Positions 1-10,260 of a stretch of 64,000 nucleotides of DNA are shown one piece after another. The DNA comes from Planctomycetota bacterium (GTDB taxonomy: Bacteria; Planctomycetota; UBA1135; UBA2386). The stretch lies in NCBI GenBank assembly GCA_965223545.1, contig OZ245006.1, positions 1,440,001 to 1,504,000 of the forward strand, given 5' to 3'. Positions within the stretch are counted from its first letter, which is position 1. Each line of letters starts with the position of its first letter. Below the pieces are notes generated by a model that was not told the DNA's origin, made no database searches, and was given only the letters and a program-made list of their open reading frames with translations. The translations under genes were made by a program, and so were the position numbers.

Positions 1-1
1 C

Positions 2-316
2 TGGACGGCGACAGGTTATCCCAACGGCTTCGACTACGACCTGGTCGCAGTCATCGCGACCAGCATGGACACGTACGTCCCCGGCGGCCAGGAGCTCGAC
101 CCCGACGACGTCGCCACGTTCTTGCTGACCATGCTCTACCAGAGCGAGTTCAGCATGGACGACCACTTCCGGGTGAGCCTGTTCGTCGACGAACCGCCGA
201 ACGGCGGTCCCCTCCGCCCGCTGAGCACGGTCATCCCGGGATCGAACTCCCACCACAAACGGATCCTCCTGACCACCGGCTACACCCAGGCCAAACCCCA
301 AGGATTCAAGAAGTAG
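2..316 (+). CDS. 5'-truncated CDS, probably the C-terminus of a DUF1800-family protein
   Basis: Frame is open from the window start to TAG at 316; lies 9 nt upstream of a DUF1501 gene, the usual DUF1800-DUF1501 pairing. Confidence 0.45.
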   Translation, partial: WTATGYPNGFDYDLVAVIATSMDTYVPGGQELDPDDVATFLLTMLYQSEFSMDDHFRVSLFVDEPPNGGPLRPLSTVIPGSNSHHKRILLTTGYTQAKPQGFKK

Positions 317-325
317 GAGAAGCCA

Positions 326-1891
326 ATGGTTCGAATCAATCGCAGAGACTTCGTCCGCTACGGCGCTCTCGGAGCCGCCGCGGGACACATGGCGCACATC
401 CTGAACTCGCCCGCCGCGGCCGCGGCGGCGAGCGCGGGAATGCACCAGAACCCCTGGTTCGGCACGCCGAAGTTGCTCTGCATCTTCTTGCGGGGCGGCA
501 ACGACGCGGTGAACACCGTCATCCCCGTCGGGCCCGGATCCGGCTACGACGACGCGAGGAACGAGAACAACGGACTCGTCAACGGCAGCGCCTGGGTCGA
601 CCCGGCGACGGCCTTGCCACTCAGCGGCACTACCTACGGCGCGCTGCATCCCAGCCTGCACCGGCTGGTCGGCCCCACCGACAAGGGGCGGATTGCGTAC
701 TTGCACGCCGTCGGCAGCGTGTTCCCATCGCGCTCGCACTTCCTGGAGATGCAGAAGCTCGAGACCGCGCGAGATCAGGATCCCAACGATCCCGCCGACT
801 TCCTCGAGACCGAGGGATTCGCGGCGCGCGCGGCGGAGATCAAAGGCGGCACGAACGCCCTGCGCGGCGTGAGCATCGCGCGCGGTGGCATCCAGCAGAT
901 GTTCTCCTCGACGCAGGCCGACCGCGTCATGGTGCACATGAGGCTGATGAACAACTACGACATCGGCCCATGGACCTACCACGACCGCATCCGTGGCACG
1001 GCGGGAACTCCGGGCAGCGGCTTGGCCGGGGCCTTCGACCAAGACGAGACCGCGGGCCATACGATCGAGTACGCCGAATCCGACCAGCTCCTCCGCACGA
1101 CCGGCCGGGTGATGCTGAACAGCGAAACCGGCATCAAGAACCAAGCGAGCTGGCTCTACGGCCAAGACAACCACAACGAGAGGAGGTACCCAACCAGCTT
1201 TCAGGACCTGATCGACCAGGGCTACGTGGTGTTGCAGAACAACATCTACGTGCCGAACGGCGACGTGTCGGCCGTGGATCCGAGCAAGTCGGTGTTCGAC
1301 CACCCGCAGAGCTACGCGTTCATGCGCGACTGCGAGGAGGCCAAGACGCTGTTGCAACGGACGACCACGAGGTTTGTCGGCATCGACCTCGGTGGCTTCG
1401 ACACGCATCTGAACCAGGTCGACAGGCACGCCGATCTGCTCGCAATCCTCAGCCGCGGCGTCAAGTCGGTCTACGTCGACACCCGCAACGACTCGTTCCT
1501 GAACCTGATCATCCTCGTGGTGACCGAGTTCGGCCGTACGAACTTCGCCAACGGCAGCGACGGCACCGACCACGGGGTCGGGACCCTGTTCTTCGCAGTC
1601 GGCAAGAGCACCGACGTGATCAACGGCGGGCTCTACAACTGCAAAGACCCCGCCGGCACCGGGCTCGGCGCTGACTGGGTGCCACTGACGGCGAGCAACC
1701 CGACGCCCTACGAGGACGCGGTGCCCACCGCGACCTCGTGGGAGACCGTGCTCGCGGAGATCTGCCGCAAGCACTTCGCCATGAGTCACGCGCAGACCAA
1801 CACCGTGGTCCCGCACTACACGGCGAGGATCAAGAACACGCCAGCAGGCCAACCGGCCGACCCCTACAGCATGCTCAACTTCTTGCCTTAG
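326..1891 (+). CDS. DUF1501-family Tat-exported protein
   Basis: Twin-Arg signal NRRDFVRYG; motifs FLRGGND, SRSHF, GGFDTH, TEFGRT, NGSDGTDHG; AGGAG SD upstream. Confidence 0.9.
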   Translation: MVRINRRDFVRYGALGAAAGHMAHILNSPAAAAAASAGMHQNPWFGTPKLLCIFLRGGNDAVNTVIPVGPGSGYDDARNENNGLVNGSAWVDPATALPLSGTTYGALHPSLHRLVGPTDKGRIAYLHAVGSVFPSRSHFLEMQKLETARDQDPNDPADFLETEGFAARAAEIKGGTNALRGVSIARGGIQQMFSSTQADRVMVHMRLMNNYDIGPWTYHDRIRGTAGTPGSGLAGAFDQDETAGHTIEYAESDQLLRTTGRVMLNSETGIKNQASWLYGQDNHNERRYPTSFQDLIDQGYVVLQNNIYVPNGDVSAVDPSKSVFDHPQSYAFMRDCEEAKTLLQRTTTRFVGIDLGGFDTHLNQVDRHADLLAILSRGVKSVYVDTRNDSFLNLIILVVTEFGRTNFANGSDGTDHGVGTLFFAVGKSTDVINGGLYNCKDPAGTGLGADWVPLTASNPTPYEDAVPTATSWETVLAEICRKHFAMSHAQTNTVVPHYTARIKNTPAGQPADPYSMLNFLP

Positions 1892-1908
1892 CAGTCCGGC
1901 CGGCGGCG

Positions 1909-4512
1909 TCACCGCACCGTGAGCTGTTCGGTTGTCACCGTCGGCGTCAGGGTCTGAGGCGTGCGCTGCTCGGCGATGACGAACTCCGCCGGCTCAGGTG
2001 TGATCCTTCGCCGCTCGTCGCCGGCCTGCACCTGCCAAGACCACGAGTAGCGGCCGGGCTCCGCGACCTGCCACCGCGCCCGCCCATCCGCGTCGATCTT
2101 CGCGCTCAGGCCCGACAACCACGGCACTGCGCCAGACTGCGAGCGCGAGCTTCCCCGACTGCGCACGACGTAGCTCGCGTCGGTGGCGAACGACGAATCG
2201 AGGCGGTGCAGGATGACCTCGACCTGGTGCCCGGCCGGCACGGCCACGCCGGCCGGGAGCTGCAGGGTCACGTCGAGGGCGGGCGGCAAGACGATGCGCT
2301 CACCGTCGCGCACGCCGGCAACGCGGCGGGCACGGTATCCTTTCGCGGTCACCAGCAAATCGATCACGGGGTGCGAAGTCACGACGATGCCGCGCCCCAC
2401 CGTCACGGGCACCCCGCCGATCGTCGCGCCATCGCCGGTCTGCTTGCCGGCCGGCAACAGATACGCGTCCGCGGACGCCACCGGCTGGCCGCTCTCGTCG
2501 ACGACGTCGAACGCGATGGCTCGCACCTCCGCCGAGGGCTCGAGCGCGCCGACGTCAGTGGTTTCGCCCGCGACGACCGACACCCGCTCCAACCGGGCGA
2601 TCGGCGCGTCGTGGCCGAGCAGCCGCAGCTCGACGTCGTAGTCCCCGGCGGTGAGCGGATCGAGCCGGAATTTGCCGTCGTGCGACGTCGTCCGCTCGCT
2701 CTCCTCGCCATCGCGCCGCAGCGCCCGCGCCTCGACGATCGGATCGGCCAGCGCGGCGGGCAGCGTCAGCGAACCGGTGAGCACGCCGCCGCGCGCCAGC
2801 TCGATGCGCACTCCCTGCGCTCCCGCGGTGACGGGCTGTCGCTCCCCGTCGAGAAAACCACTCGCCGTCGCCTGCACGAACAGCGCACCGCTCGGCGCCG
2901 CGCCGCGAACCTCGAACGCACCGTCATCGCCGGTGCGCGCACTGCCGCCGTGGACATCGTCGAAGTAGAACTGATCGGCGCGCGCACCGTACGCCTTCTT
3001 CTGTTCCACCGAGACGCGCGCGCCCGACACCGCCTCGCCCGCCGCATCCACGACCGAGCCCGCGACCAACAGAGGAACGGCGATCAGCCGGTGCTCGCCG
3101 AGATTGTTCTCCCCCGGCCGCAGTGGGGGCACTGCGAGTTCGAGCGAGAGGCCGTCACTGGCGTCACTCAGCTGCAGCGTGCGCTCGGCCTGCAAGTCGA
3201 ACCCTTCGTGGGTCGAGAAGTAGATCCAACCGTCGGCGTTGGTGCTGGCAGAGAACGAGCTCGTCGACGTGCTGTTTCCCGACGACGTCCGGTTCAACAC
3301 GTCAAAACGGCGTTCGGCCGCGGGCTCACCACTCGGCAGCAGCAGCCGAAGCGCGAGCTGAGGCTCGGTGTGGACGGTGGGGATGCGCACCACGACCTCG
3401 CCACCCTCGACGCGCGGTCCCTCCGCGGTCGCCTCGAACGCATCGGAATCGCCAGCCAAGTGGACCCGCAGCCGCAAGGCCTGCCCGAGCCCGACCCAAT
3501 CGAACACGGCCCGCCCGGACTCGAGCGGGGCACGCAGTGACGCGCGCTGTCGCGGCACGACCTGGTGCGTGGGGACCGATAAACGGACGGTTCCCCCCTC
3601 GAGGCGCTCGGGCTGCGGGTGCTCGGCGATCACCACGACGCGACCACACGGCGGCAGCGTGATCACCACCGGCTCGGCGGGCAGGGCGGTGCCCTCCACG
3701 GCGACGGACTCCAACCGCAGGGCTGCGGGGATCGACAGTCCGCCGGGCAAGCGACCGTCCGCAGTCCGCGCGCCCGCCGCCGCCAGCCGTTGGGCGACGT
3801 CGGTCACCACCCAACGCCCATCGGCCGGATCGGTCTCGCCGCGCGCGGCCACCCTGCCGTCCCCCTTGCCATCCGCCCACAACCACACCGGGGCTCCCAA
3901 CGCGGGACGACCGAGCGAATCGCGCACTTCGACCGTGAGCGTCGTCCGCGAGGACAGCCACAGGTCCAGCGTTCCGGTCTGTCGGGGCTCGAACTCGACC
4001 CACCCGACGGCGGCGGCGGCGCCGCTTCCGGTGCGCGCCCCCACGAAGACCGGCGAGGGCTCTTCGACCCGCGGCTCGGGGACCGAAGCCGTCGCGTCCG
4101 CGTTCAGCCGCAGCGGCGTGCCGTGCCGTTCCAACCATGCCAGCAGGTCGGCCTCTTGCTCGCTGGGGTAGTCCAAACCGCCCTCCGAGCTCGGGACGAA
4201 GAACCAGGCCCGCGCATCGACCGCGGGAGCGCCGCTTTCTGCCAACCGAACCCGGACCCGTCGCGCACCCTTCGGGGAAGCCGCCACGTTCGCGCCCGTG
4301 CCCGGTTCGGGCGCCGCTTCACGACGAGCCGCGGGCGCAGGATCGACGGCGGAGCCGCCCGCGAGGCGGGTCGGAGCCTCCTCTTCGACCGACGCCACCG
4401 GCTTTGGCACGACCGCGGGTGCCGGTCCCCCGCCCGCCTCGAACCAGCCGAGAGCCACCGCCGCCCCGAGAGCGGCCAGCAGCAGGAGAACGACAAGCAC
4501 GGCAAACCTCAT
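1909..4512 (-). CDS. Membrane-anchored protein with carboxypeptidase-regulatory-like beta-sandwich repeats
   Basis: N-terminal TM (MRFAVLVVLLLLAAL); repeated GxVVDxxGxPVxGA and TxxDGxF motifs; start re-placed at ATG 4512. Confidence 0.75.
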   Translation of the reverse strand: MRFAVLVVLLLLAALGAAVALGWFEAGGGPAPAVVPKPVASVEEEAPTRLAGGSAVDPAPAARREAAPEPGTGANVAASPKGARRVRVRLAESGAPAVDARAWFFVPSSEGGLDYPSEQEADLLAWLERHGTPLRLNADATASVPEPRVEEPSPVFVGARTGSGAAAAVGWVEFEPRQTGTLDLWLSSRTTLTVEVRDSLGRPALGAPVWLWADGKGDGRVAARGETDPADGRWVVTDVAQRLAAAGARTADGRLPGGLSIPAALRLESVAVEGTALPAEPVVITLPPCGRVVVIAEHPQPERLEGGTVRLSVPTHQVVPRQRASLRAPLESGRAVFDWVGLGQALRLRVHLAGDSDAFEATAEGPRVEGGEVVVRIPTVHTEPQLALRLLLPSGEPAAERRFDVLNRTSSGNSTSTSSFSASTNADGWIYFSTHEGFDLQAERTLQLSDASDGLSLELAVPPLRPGENNLGEHRLIAVPLLVAGSVVDAAGEAVSGARVSVEQKKAYGARADQFYFDDVHGGSARTGDDGAFEVRGAAPSGALFVQATASGFLDGERQPVTAGAQGVRIELARGGVLTGSLTLPAALADPIVEARALRRDGEESERTTSHDGKFRLDPLTAGDYDVELRLLGHDAPIARLERVSVVAGETTDVGALEPSAEVRAIAFDVVDESGQPVASADAYLLPAGKQTGDGATIGGVPVTVGRGIVVTSHPVIDLLVTAKGYRARRVAGVRDGERIVLPPALDVTLQLPAGVAVPAGHQVEVILHRLDSSFATDASYVVRSRGSSRSQSGAVPWLSGLSAKIDADGRARWQVAEPGRYSWSWQVQAGDERRRITPEPAEFVIAEQRTPQTLTPTVTTEQLTVR

Positions 4513-4682
4513 GACGCGTTCGCGAGAATACCCCGCACCGATCACCGCACCGTCAGTGCCCCGATCGAAAAGGGCGTTTCTCCCTACGGTGCTTCCGGAC
4601 CGCAGACAGCTCGCGGCCAGGACTGGCCACTGCTGCACTGCGCCCGATCGCCTCCCCGCCACCCACCCCTCTCTTCAACGCC

Positions 4683-5990
4683 ATGCTCCACCGTCCCCTC
4701 GGTCTCCTGCTCGCCCTCACCCTGCCCGTGGCCGGATGCACGGTCATGCAGCCGGTCATGGCTCCCGTCCCGATCGCGCTCGCTACCGGCACACCGCAGG
4801 ACCCGGAGCCGCGAACCCAGGAGCCGACCAAGAGCAAGCCGGCCGAGCGCGAGTGGGACACCGACGAGTGGCGCTGCGAGTGGGACCGCGAGGACTGGGA
4901 GGACCGCGACTGGTACGAGCGCGACGACGAGTGGGACCGGCGCCGCTCCATCGACGACGAATGGGACGACGACGACGAGGACGGCCGTCCGTACTACTGG
5001 AACATCGGCCTCGGCATCGATGGCCACGGCATCGGCTTCGGCAACTCGCGCGATTGGGCCGGCCTGCGGATCAACTTCCGCGACCACGGCGCCGACGCCG
5101 TACACGGCATCAACCTGACCCTCGGCCGGCCGGCGGACCGCGCCGTGCGCGAGCTCGACGGTTTGGCGATCGGCATCGCGACCCGCGCGCACCGCATGCG
5201 CGGCATCACTCTCGGCGCGCTCGCCGCCACCGCCGGGCAGTCCTTCGACGGCATCCAACTCGGCGGTTTGGCAACCGTGTCGGACGGAGCGATGCGGGGC
5301 ATCAACATCGGTGGCCTGGCGACCGTCAGCGAATCCGAGATGGCCGGCATCAACATCGGTGGCCTGGCCACGGTCAGCGACGGCGAGATGGCGGGAATCA
5401 ACCTCGGCGGCCTCGCCACCGTCGCCGACGGGGAGCTGTCCGGCATCAACATCGGCGGCTTGGCAGTGGTCTCCGACGCCGGCACCTCGGGCATCAGCGC
5501 CGCCGGCCTGGCGACGGTTTCGGATCGCGACTTGGTCGGGCTCAACCTCGCCGGTCTCGCCGTGGTCGGCGAGGAAGAGCTCACCGGCATCAGCGTCGCG
5601 GGCCTGGCCGCCGTCAGCGATCACGAGGTCACCGGGATCGCCGTCGCCGGCTTGGCAGTGGCTGCCGGTTCGCCGCGGTGGCGCGACTTCGATCCGACCC
5701 GCAGCCTGCGCGGCTCGAGCGAGGCGACCGGCATCCTGTTGGCCGGCTACCGCGTGCAGGCCCACACGATGACCGGCGTGGCGGTTGCCGGCATGATGAA
5801 CCGGGCGCACGATTTGGACGGCATCGGCGTCGCCGCCTACAACGCGGTCAGCGGCCGGCAGAACGGGCTCACCGTCGGCGTGTTCAACCACGCCCGCGAC
5901 CTGCGCGGCGTGCAGATCGGGCTGCTCAACTACGTCGGCTCGAACCCCTGGCCGCTGCGGTTGCTGCCGCTGATCAACGCGCGGTTCTGA
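4683..5990 (+). CDS. Lipoprotein with Gly-rich tandem surface repeats (LA_2272-like)
   Basis: Lipobox VAGC; about 10 units of G(I/L)N(I/L)GGLATV-x6; C-terminus GVQIGLLN...LPLINARF. Confidence 0.75.
   Translation: MLHRPLGLLLALTLPVAGCTVMQPVMAPVPIALATGTPQDPEPRTQEPTKSKPAEREWDTDEWRCEWDREDWEDRDWYERDDEWDRRRSIDDEWDDDDEDGRPYYWNIGLGIDGHGIGFGNSRDWAGLRINFRDHGADAVHGINLTLGRPADRAVRELDGLAIGIATRAHRMRGITLGALAATAGQSFDGIQLGGLATVSDGAMRGINIGGLATVSESEMAGINIGGLATVSDGEMAGINLGGLATVADGELSGINIGGLAVVSDAGTSGISAAGLATVSDRDLVGLNLAGLAVVGEEELTGISVAGLAAVSDHEVTGIAVAGLAVAAGSPRWRDFDPTRSLRGSSEATGILLAGYRVQAHTMTGVAVAGMMNRAHDLDGIGVAAYNAVSGRQNGLTVGVFNHARDLRGVQIGLLNYVGSNPWPLRLLPLINARF
5202..5669 (+). repeat. Intragenic 48-nt (16-aa) tandem repeat
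   Basis: GGCATCAACATCGGTGGCCTGGC at 5298 and 5346, with degenerate copies at the same 48-nt period. Confidence 0.85.
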
Positions 5991-6353
5991 CCGAGCCCTT
6001 CTCGTCGCACAAGACAAGCCAGCCTAGAAGGCCAGAAACAAAGGCACGTAAGCCACGCCTCGGGAGTTGGAAGTCGCACGGCGAGGGTCCGTTGCTCGAC
6101 GGACGCGCGACGGGGACTGAGGCGAGGACGTGAGCCGGCTTGGGTCCCCGCGCTCGGGCGCAAAGGAGCCCCAAAGGCGAAGTCATGGAAACTGAACACC
6201 ATTGGATTGAGACCCCAAGGAGACAGGACTTGCCTAGTTGCCTGAAGATTGTCAACATACAAGACGACGTCTCAGTTGACTGCGTCGACAGTGGCGACGG
6301 CCAGTTGACTGAGCTCACCGGGACCGCGCGCAGCTTTTCCAAAGGCCAGGATT

Positions 6354-7088
6354 ATGGACAATACCGTCACACCCGACACTCGCGCCCTACAACCGTTCGA
6401 GCCGGCTTATGTTTGTCCCCACTGTCACGCTTTCGCTCAACAGGAATGGACCCAGTGCGGAATCGACCTCCTTAATGGCGGGACCGAAGGAGAGGCCGAC
6501 CTCTCCCTTGTCTCGTACGCTGCGGGAAAGTGCCTGTCCTGCAGCAAGCACACACTCTGGAGTTGGGGCGGCATAGCAGGGACCATCCCACTTCCTAGAG
6601 GAACTAGAAGAACTACCGCACACCAACTTCTCATTCCGCCAACTTCTACGGCACCGACATGCCACCCCGAGACTCCGGAACAAGTAGCGAAGTGCTACCG
6701 GGAGGCGGCGCTAGTATATCCTCACTCTCCTCGTTCGGCTGCAGCACTACTACGACTTGGGCTGCAACATCTGTGCGTAGAGCTTGGGGGAAAGGGAGAC
6801 AACATTAACACCGACATCGCAGCGCTTGTGGGCCAAGGACTTCCGCAGAAGATCCAAAAGGCTTTGGATACCTTAAGAGTGATTGGGAATGAAGCAGTAC
6901 ATCCGGGGGTAATTGACACAGACGACGCAGCAATCGTCAAAGGCTTGTTCGGCATAATGAACAGCGTCGTCGAGTTTATGATTTCACAACCAAGAAGAGT
7001 CGAAGAATTATACAATAGCCTTCCAGCCAAGAAGCGCGAAGCTATCGAAAACCGGGACTCAAAGCCACCCCACTCGGAAGAAGTCTGA
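6354..7088 (+). CDS. DUF4145 (HEPN-like) protein with N-terminal Zn ribbon, in a lower-GC islet
   Basis: CPHC...CLSC; YREA...SPRSAAALLRLGLQ; LRVIGNEAVHP; many A/T-ending codons unlike the flanks. Confidence 0.85.
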   Translation: MDNTVTPDTRALQPFEPAYVCPHCHAFAQQEWTQCGIDLLNGGTEGEADLSLVSYAAGKCLSCSKHTLWSWGGIAGTIPLPRGTRRTTAHQLLIPPTSTAPTCHPETPEQVAKCYREAALVYPHSPRSAAALLRLGLQHLCVELGGKGDNINTDIAALVGQGLPQKIQKALDTLRVIGNEAVHPGVIDTDDAAIVKGLFGIMNSVVEFMISQPRRVEELYNSLPAKKREAIENRDSKPPHSEEV

Positions 7089-7329
7089 AGTTTTCCAATA
7101 AGCCGACTGCAAGCCTGCCTAATCCAGATACTCCAGATTACCGATAGGTGAGCATATATCCCAAAGACGTTCCGTCACTCTCGATTCAGACAGTTTCGCA
7201 AGGCCCTAAGGAGCCTGCCGCGACTAACTCGGAGTCAAGCCACGTAGGGGTTAGAAGTGGGCAGCAGCGCCAAACTCCGGGCGTTTTGCCGCGCTCCGAC
7301 CGCCGACCGCCCGTCGTATCGTTCGCATC

Positions 7330-7872
7330 ATGCGCATCCCAACGATCTGCCTCGGCCTGACCGCGGTCGCGGTCACGGCCCTCGCCGCAACCCGCGCACC
7401 CCGCGCCCCGCTGCCGCACCCGCACTTTTCCAAGAAGGTCGTCGTCGAGCTCAGCGACGACCTCACCATCACCGTCAGCCACATCACCGTGCCGTTCAGC
7501 GCCAAGCGCGCCGCGGACCTGCCGGCCGGCGGTTCGTGGCATCTCGGCAACGCCCACATCGAGACCACCGCCCCGATCTCCGTCGGCGGCGTCGAGGTGG
7601 CGGCGGGCAAGCACGCGATCAAGGCGTCCAAGCTGCTCGAGGGCGGCTGGGAGCTGGTGCTCGACGCCCCCGGCAGATTCCAACGCCAGATCTCCGACGC
7701 CGGCGTTCCGCTGACGACCGAGTTCGAGAAGGGCACGACCGTGTACGAGCACCTGTCGATCGACGTGCAGCCCGCCGGCGACAAGGAGAACACCCGGCTG
7801 TGGCTCGACGTCCGCTTCGACGCGATGCTGGCGCGGGTGCCGATCGAGATTCCGGCCGGCAAGGACAAGTAG
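7330..7872 (+). CDS. DUF2911-like secreted protein
   Basis: Signal peptide; WHLGN...ISVGGVEVAAGKH; YEHLSI pattern. Confidence 0.65.
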   Translation: MRIPTICLGLTAVAVTALAATRAPRAPLPHPHFSKKVVVELSDDLTITVSHITVPFSAKRAADLPAGGSWHLGNAHIETTAPISVGGVEVAAGKHAIKASKLLEGGWELVLDAPGRFQRQISDAGVPLTTEFEKGTTVYEHLSIDVQPAGDKENTRLWLDVRFDAMLARVPIEIPAGKDK

Positions 7873-7891
7873 CGCGCCGCCGCAGCAGTGC

Positions 7892-8770
7892 TCAGCGCCG
7901 GCCGGCCAGCGCCACGCCGACCACCACCAGCGCGGCGCCGGCCACGGTGGACGCCAGCACGGGCTCGCCGCGCACCAACCAGCCCAGCCCCAGCGCCACG
8001 ATCGGCGTGACGTAGGAAATCAGCGCGAGCTTGGAGGCCGCCGCGAACCGCAGCAGCCAGAAGTAGATCGTGAACGCCACCACCGTGCCGACCACCGAGA
8101 GGTAGCCGACGCTGAACAGCGCGCGACCGGTCCATTGCCCCGGCCGGTCTCGGTCCACCCACCAACCGAGCGGCAGCAGGAACAGCGCGGCCACGGCGAA
8201 GCCGTTGCGGCACAGCAGCACCGCGCTGACGTCGGCCCCGCGCCGCTTGATCACCGCCGTGCAGACCGCGGTCACCACCGGCGACAGCATGACGATCGCC
8301 CCCGCGCGCAAGGCCGCGGGCGACAGCCCGGCCAGGTCTTTGGTGAACAGCAGCGCGATGCCCGCCGAACCGAGCAGCAAACCGACCACCGCACGGACGT
8401 GCAGGCGCTCGCCCGGCAGCGCCCAGTGGGCGATCAGCGCCATCGGCAGCGGATACCAGGCCCAGAGCACTGCGGTGAGACCCGAGGGCACGGTCTGCTC
8501 GGCCCAATAGATGATCGAGTAGGAGGTCGCGTCGATGCCGAGCCCCATGACCAGCGTCAAACCCAAGCCCGGCGCCACCCCACGCTCGCGCCGGTGGAGA
8601 TATGGAGCGATCGCGGCGAACACGACGGCGGCCACGGTGAACCGCGCCGCCAGCGCGCGGAACGGCGGCAGGTCGTCGAGCCCTTCGCGAATCACCAGCC
8701 ACGTGCTGCCCCAGATCGCGCACAGCACGAGCATCAGCAGGTGCACGGTGGTGGGACTCGGCGCGCGCAT
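7892..8770 (-). CDS. EamA/DMT family transporter
   Basis: IWGSTW, PPF, ARF, SGLTAVL, YVTPIVALGLGWLVRGE; about 10 TM segments. Confidence 0.93.
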   Translation of the reverse strand: MRAPSPTTVHLLMLVLCAIWGSTWLVIREGLDDLPPFRALAARFTVAAVVFAAIAPYLHRRERGVAPGLGLTLVMGLGIDATSYSIIYWAEQTVPSGLTAVLWAWYPLPMALIAHWALPGERLHVRAVVGLLLGSAGIALLFTKDLAGLSPAALRAGAIVMLSPVVTAVCTAVIKRRGADVSAVLLCRNGFAVAALFLLPLGWWVDRDRPGQWTGRALFSVGYLSVVGTVVAFTIYFWLLRFAAASKLALISYVTPIVALGLGWLVRGEPVLASTVAGAALVVVGVALAGRR

Positions 8771-8874
8771 GCGCGGCGAATGGTAGCAGAGCAGACCTCA
8801 CGTTCGCGGTGGACACTCGCGCGACCGCGTAGTTCAGTTTGGGCGGCTCCCGTCCCGCCACGCCCTGGCTCACG

Positions 8875-10260
8875 ATGTCCAATCGAGTGTTCTCTCTCGC
8901 CGGCCTCGGCTGCGCGCTCGCGTGCGCCGCGCCACCACCGCCGCTGGTGGCGCCGGTGTTCACCACCGCGGTGCGCCACCGCACCGGAAGCGCACTGACG
9001 GGTGTCCTGCCGGGACGCGCCGCGCACCAACCACTGACGCTGCACGCGCGCTGCAGCCTGCGCTTCACCGAGCAGGTGCCGGCGGTCGGCACGCCGCTGA
9101 GCCAGACCGTACGCGCGACGGTGCGCTCCGGCGCCACCGACCCGCTGCGCGGCGTCAGCACGCTGGCGATCGGAGCGCGCGCCGCCGACGGACCGGCCGC
9201 GCGCGTTCTGTTCGCCGGCCTGCAGGATGGCCAGCCGGTGCGCTCGGCCGAAGTCGCCGCCCTCGACGGGCACGTCGCCCCGGGCCACAGCGCCGCGTTC
9301 CTCGTGCGGTCCGCCGAGGCGCAGCAGATCACGCTGTTGGTCACGGCGACCACGGCGGACCGCGCGCGCGTCGACCTCCAGCTCGCCGGCGACGGCAGCG
9401 ACGCCGACCTGGACGCGGACCTCGAGGCCGAGCTCGGCGCCGGTGCCCCCGCTGCGCCCACCACCGACACCGCGCTGCGCCGCGAGACCGTGACGCTGGA
9501 CGCCGAGCTGGTCGCCGGTGGCGACGCGCTGCTGCTGCTGCTTCCGCTCCCCACCGGCGACGCCTCCGGGGCGCTTGCCGTGCTGCTCGAGCTGGCGCGG
9601 ACCTCCGGCGACGAACACCGGGCCCACCGTGAGCTGGCGCGCGGCCAGATCGCCGCCGAGACCGCCATCGCCAAAGCGCAGACCGCACCGCTGAGCCCGG
9701 CCGAGGTGCAGCTGCAGTCGCTGCGCGAAGCATGCCGCCTGCTGCAGCGCACGCGCGCCCGCAGCGCGCTGCTGCAGCTGGCCGAGAGCGCCGAGGCCGC
9801 GCTGACCGCGGACCTCGCGCTGATGAGTGACCACGCGACCATCCAGGAGTACACCGAGCGGTTGCTCGGCGGTGATCGGGTGACGGGACTGGCGCTGGCC
9901 GGGCCGCAGTTCGGCTACGCGCTCGAGGCCGCCGCCTACGGCCTGTTGGCCGAGCGCCTCGACCGCGAGGCACTGGCCCCCGAGCTGCGCGCCGCGCTGT
10001 TGCGGCACGCCGGGGCGGCCGGCCGCGATCCCGGCGCGCTGGCGGCGGTGTTGCGCGGCGAACCGAGCGTCGCGGGCCTACAGCAGCGCCTGCTGGAGGA
10101 GAACCGCTTCGCTCTCGAGGACAGCGACCTGGGGGCGCGGGTCACCGCCGTGCAGTGGCTGCAGGCGCGGCACGCGGCGCCGACGGCGTTCGACCCGTTC
10201 GGCGATCGCGAAGCGCGGCGCGAAGCCCTCGACGCGGCGCGACAACGAGGGGAGCTGTGA
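8875..10260 (+). CDS. Lipoprotein of unknown function (possible degenerate secretin-like beta region plus helical C-terminus)
   Basis: ATG 8875 followed by lipobox ALAC; its stop overlaps the next start (TGATG). Confidence 0.65.
   Translation: MSNRVFSLAGLGCALACAAPPPPLVAPVFTTAVRHRTGSALTGVLPGRAAHQPLTLHARCSLRFTEQVPAVGTPLSQTVRATVRSGATDPLRGVSTLAIGARAADGPAARVLFAGLQDGQPVRSAEVAALDGHVAPGHSAAFLVRSAEAQQITLLVTATTADRARVDLQLAGDGSDADLDADLEAELGAGAPAAPTTDTALRRETVTLDAELVAGGDALLLLLPLPTGDASGALAVLLELARTSGDEHRAHRELARGQIAAETAIAKAQTAPLSPAEVQLQSLREACRLLQRTRARSALLQLAESAEAALTADLALMSDHATIQEYTERLLGGDRVTGLALAGPQFGYALEAAAYGLLAERLDREALAPELRAALLRHAGAAGRDPGALAAVLRGEPSVAGLQQRLLEENRFALEDSDLGARVTAVQWLQARHAAPTAFDPFGDREARREALDAARQRGEL

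Noticed and set aside
5202..5669. Regularly spaced repeats as a CRISPR array
   Set aside because: In-frame degenerate coding repeats with no unique spacers and no cas genes
7090..7256. Possible integron attC site after the DUF4145 gene (CTAAC...GTTAG at 7224-7254)
   Set aside because: Only about 31 bp long, core sites do not fit RYYYAAC/GTTRRRY, and there is no integrase or second cassette
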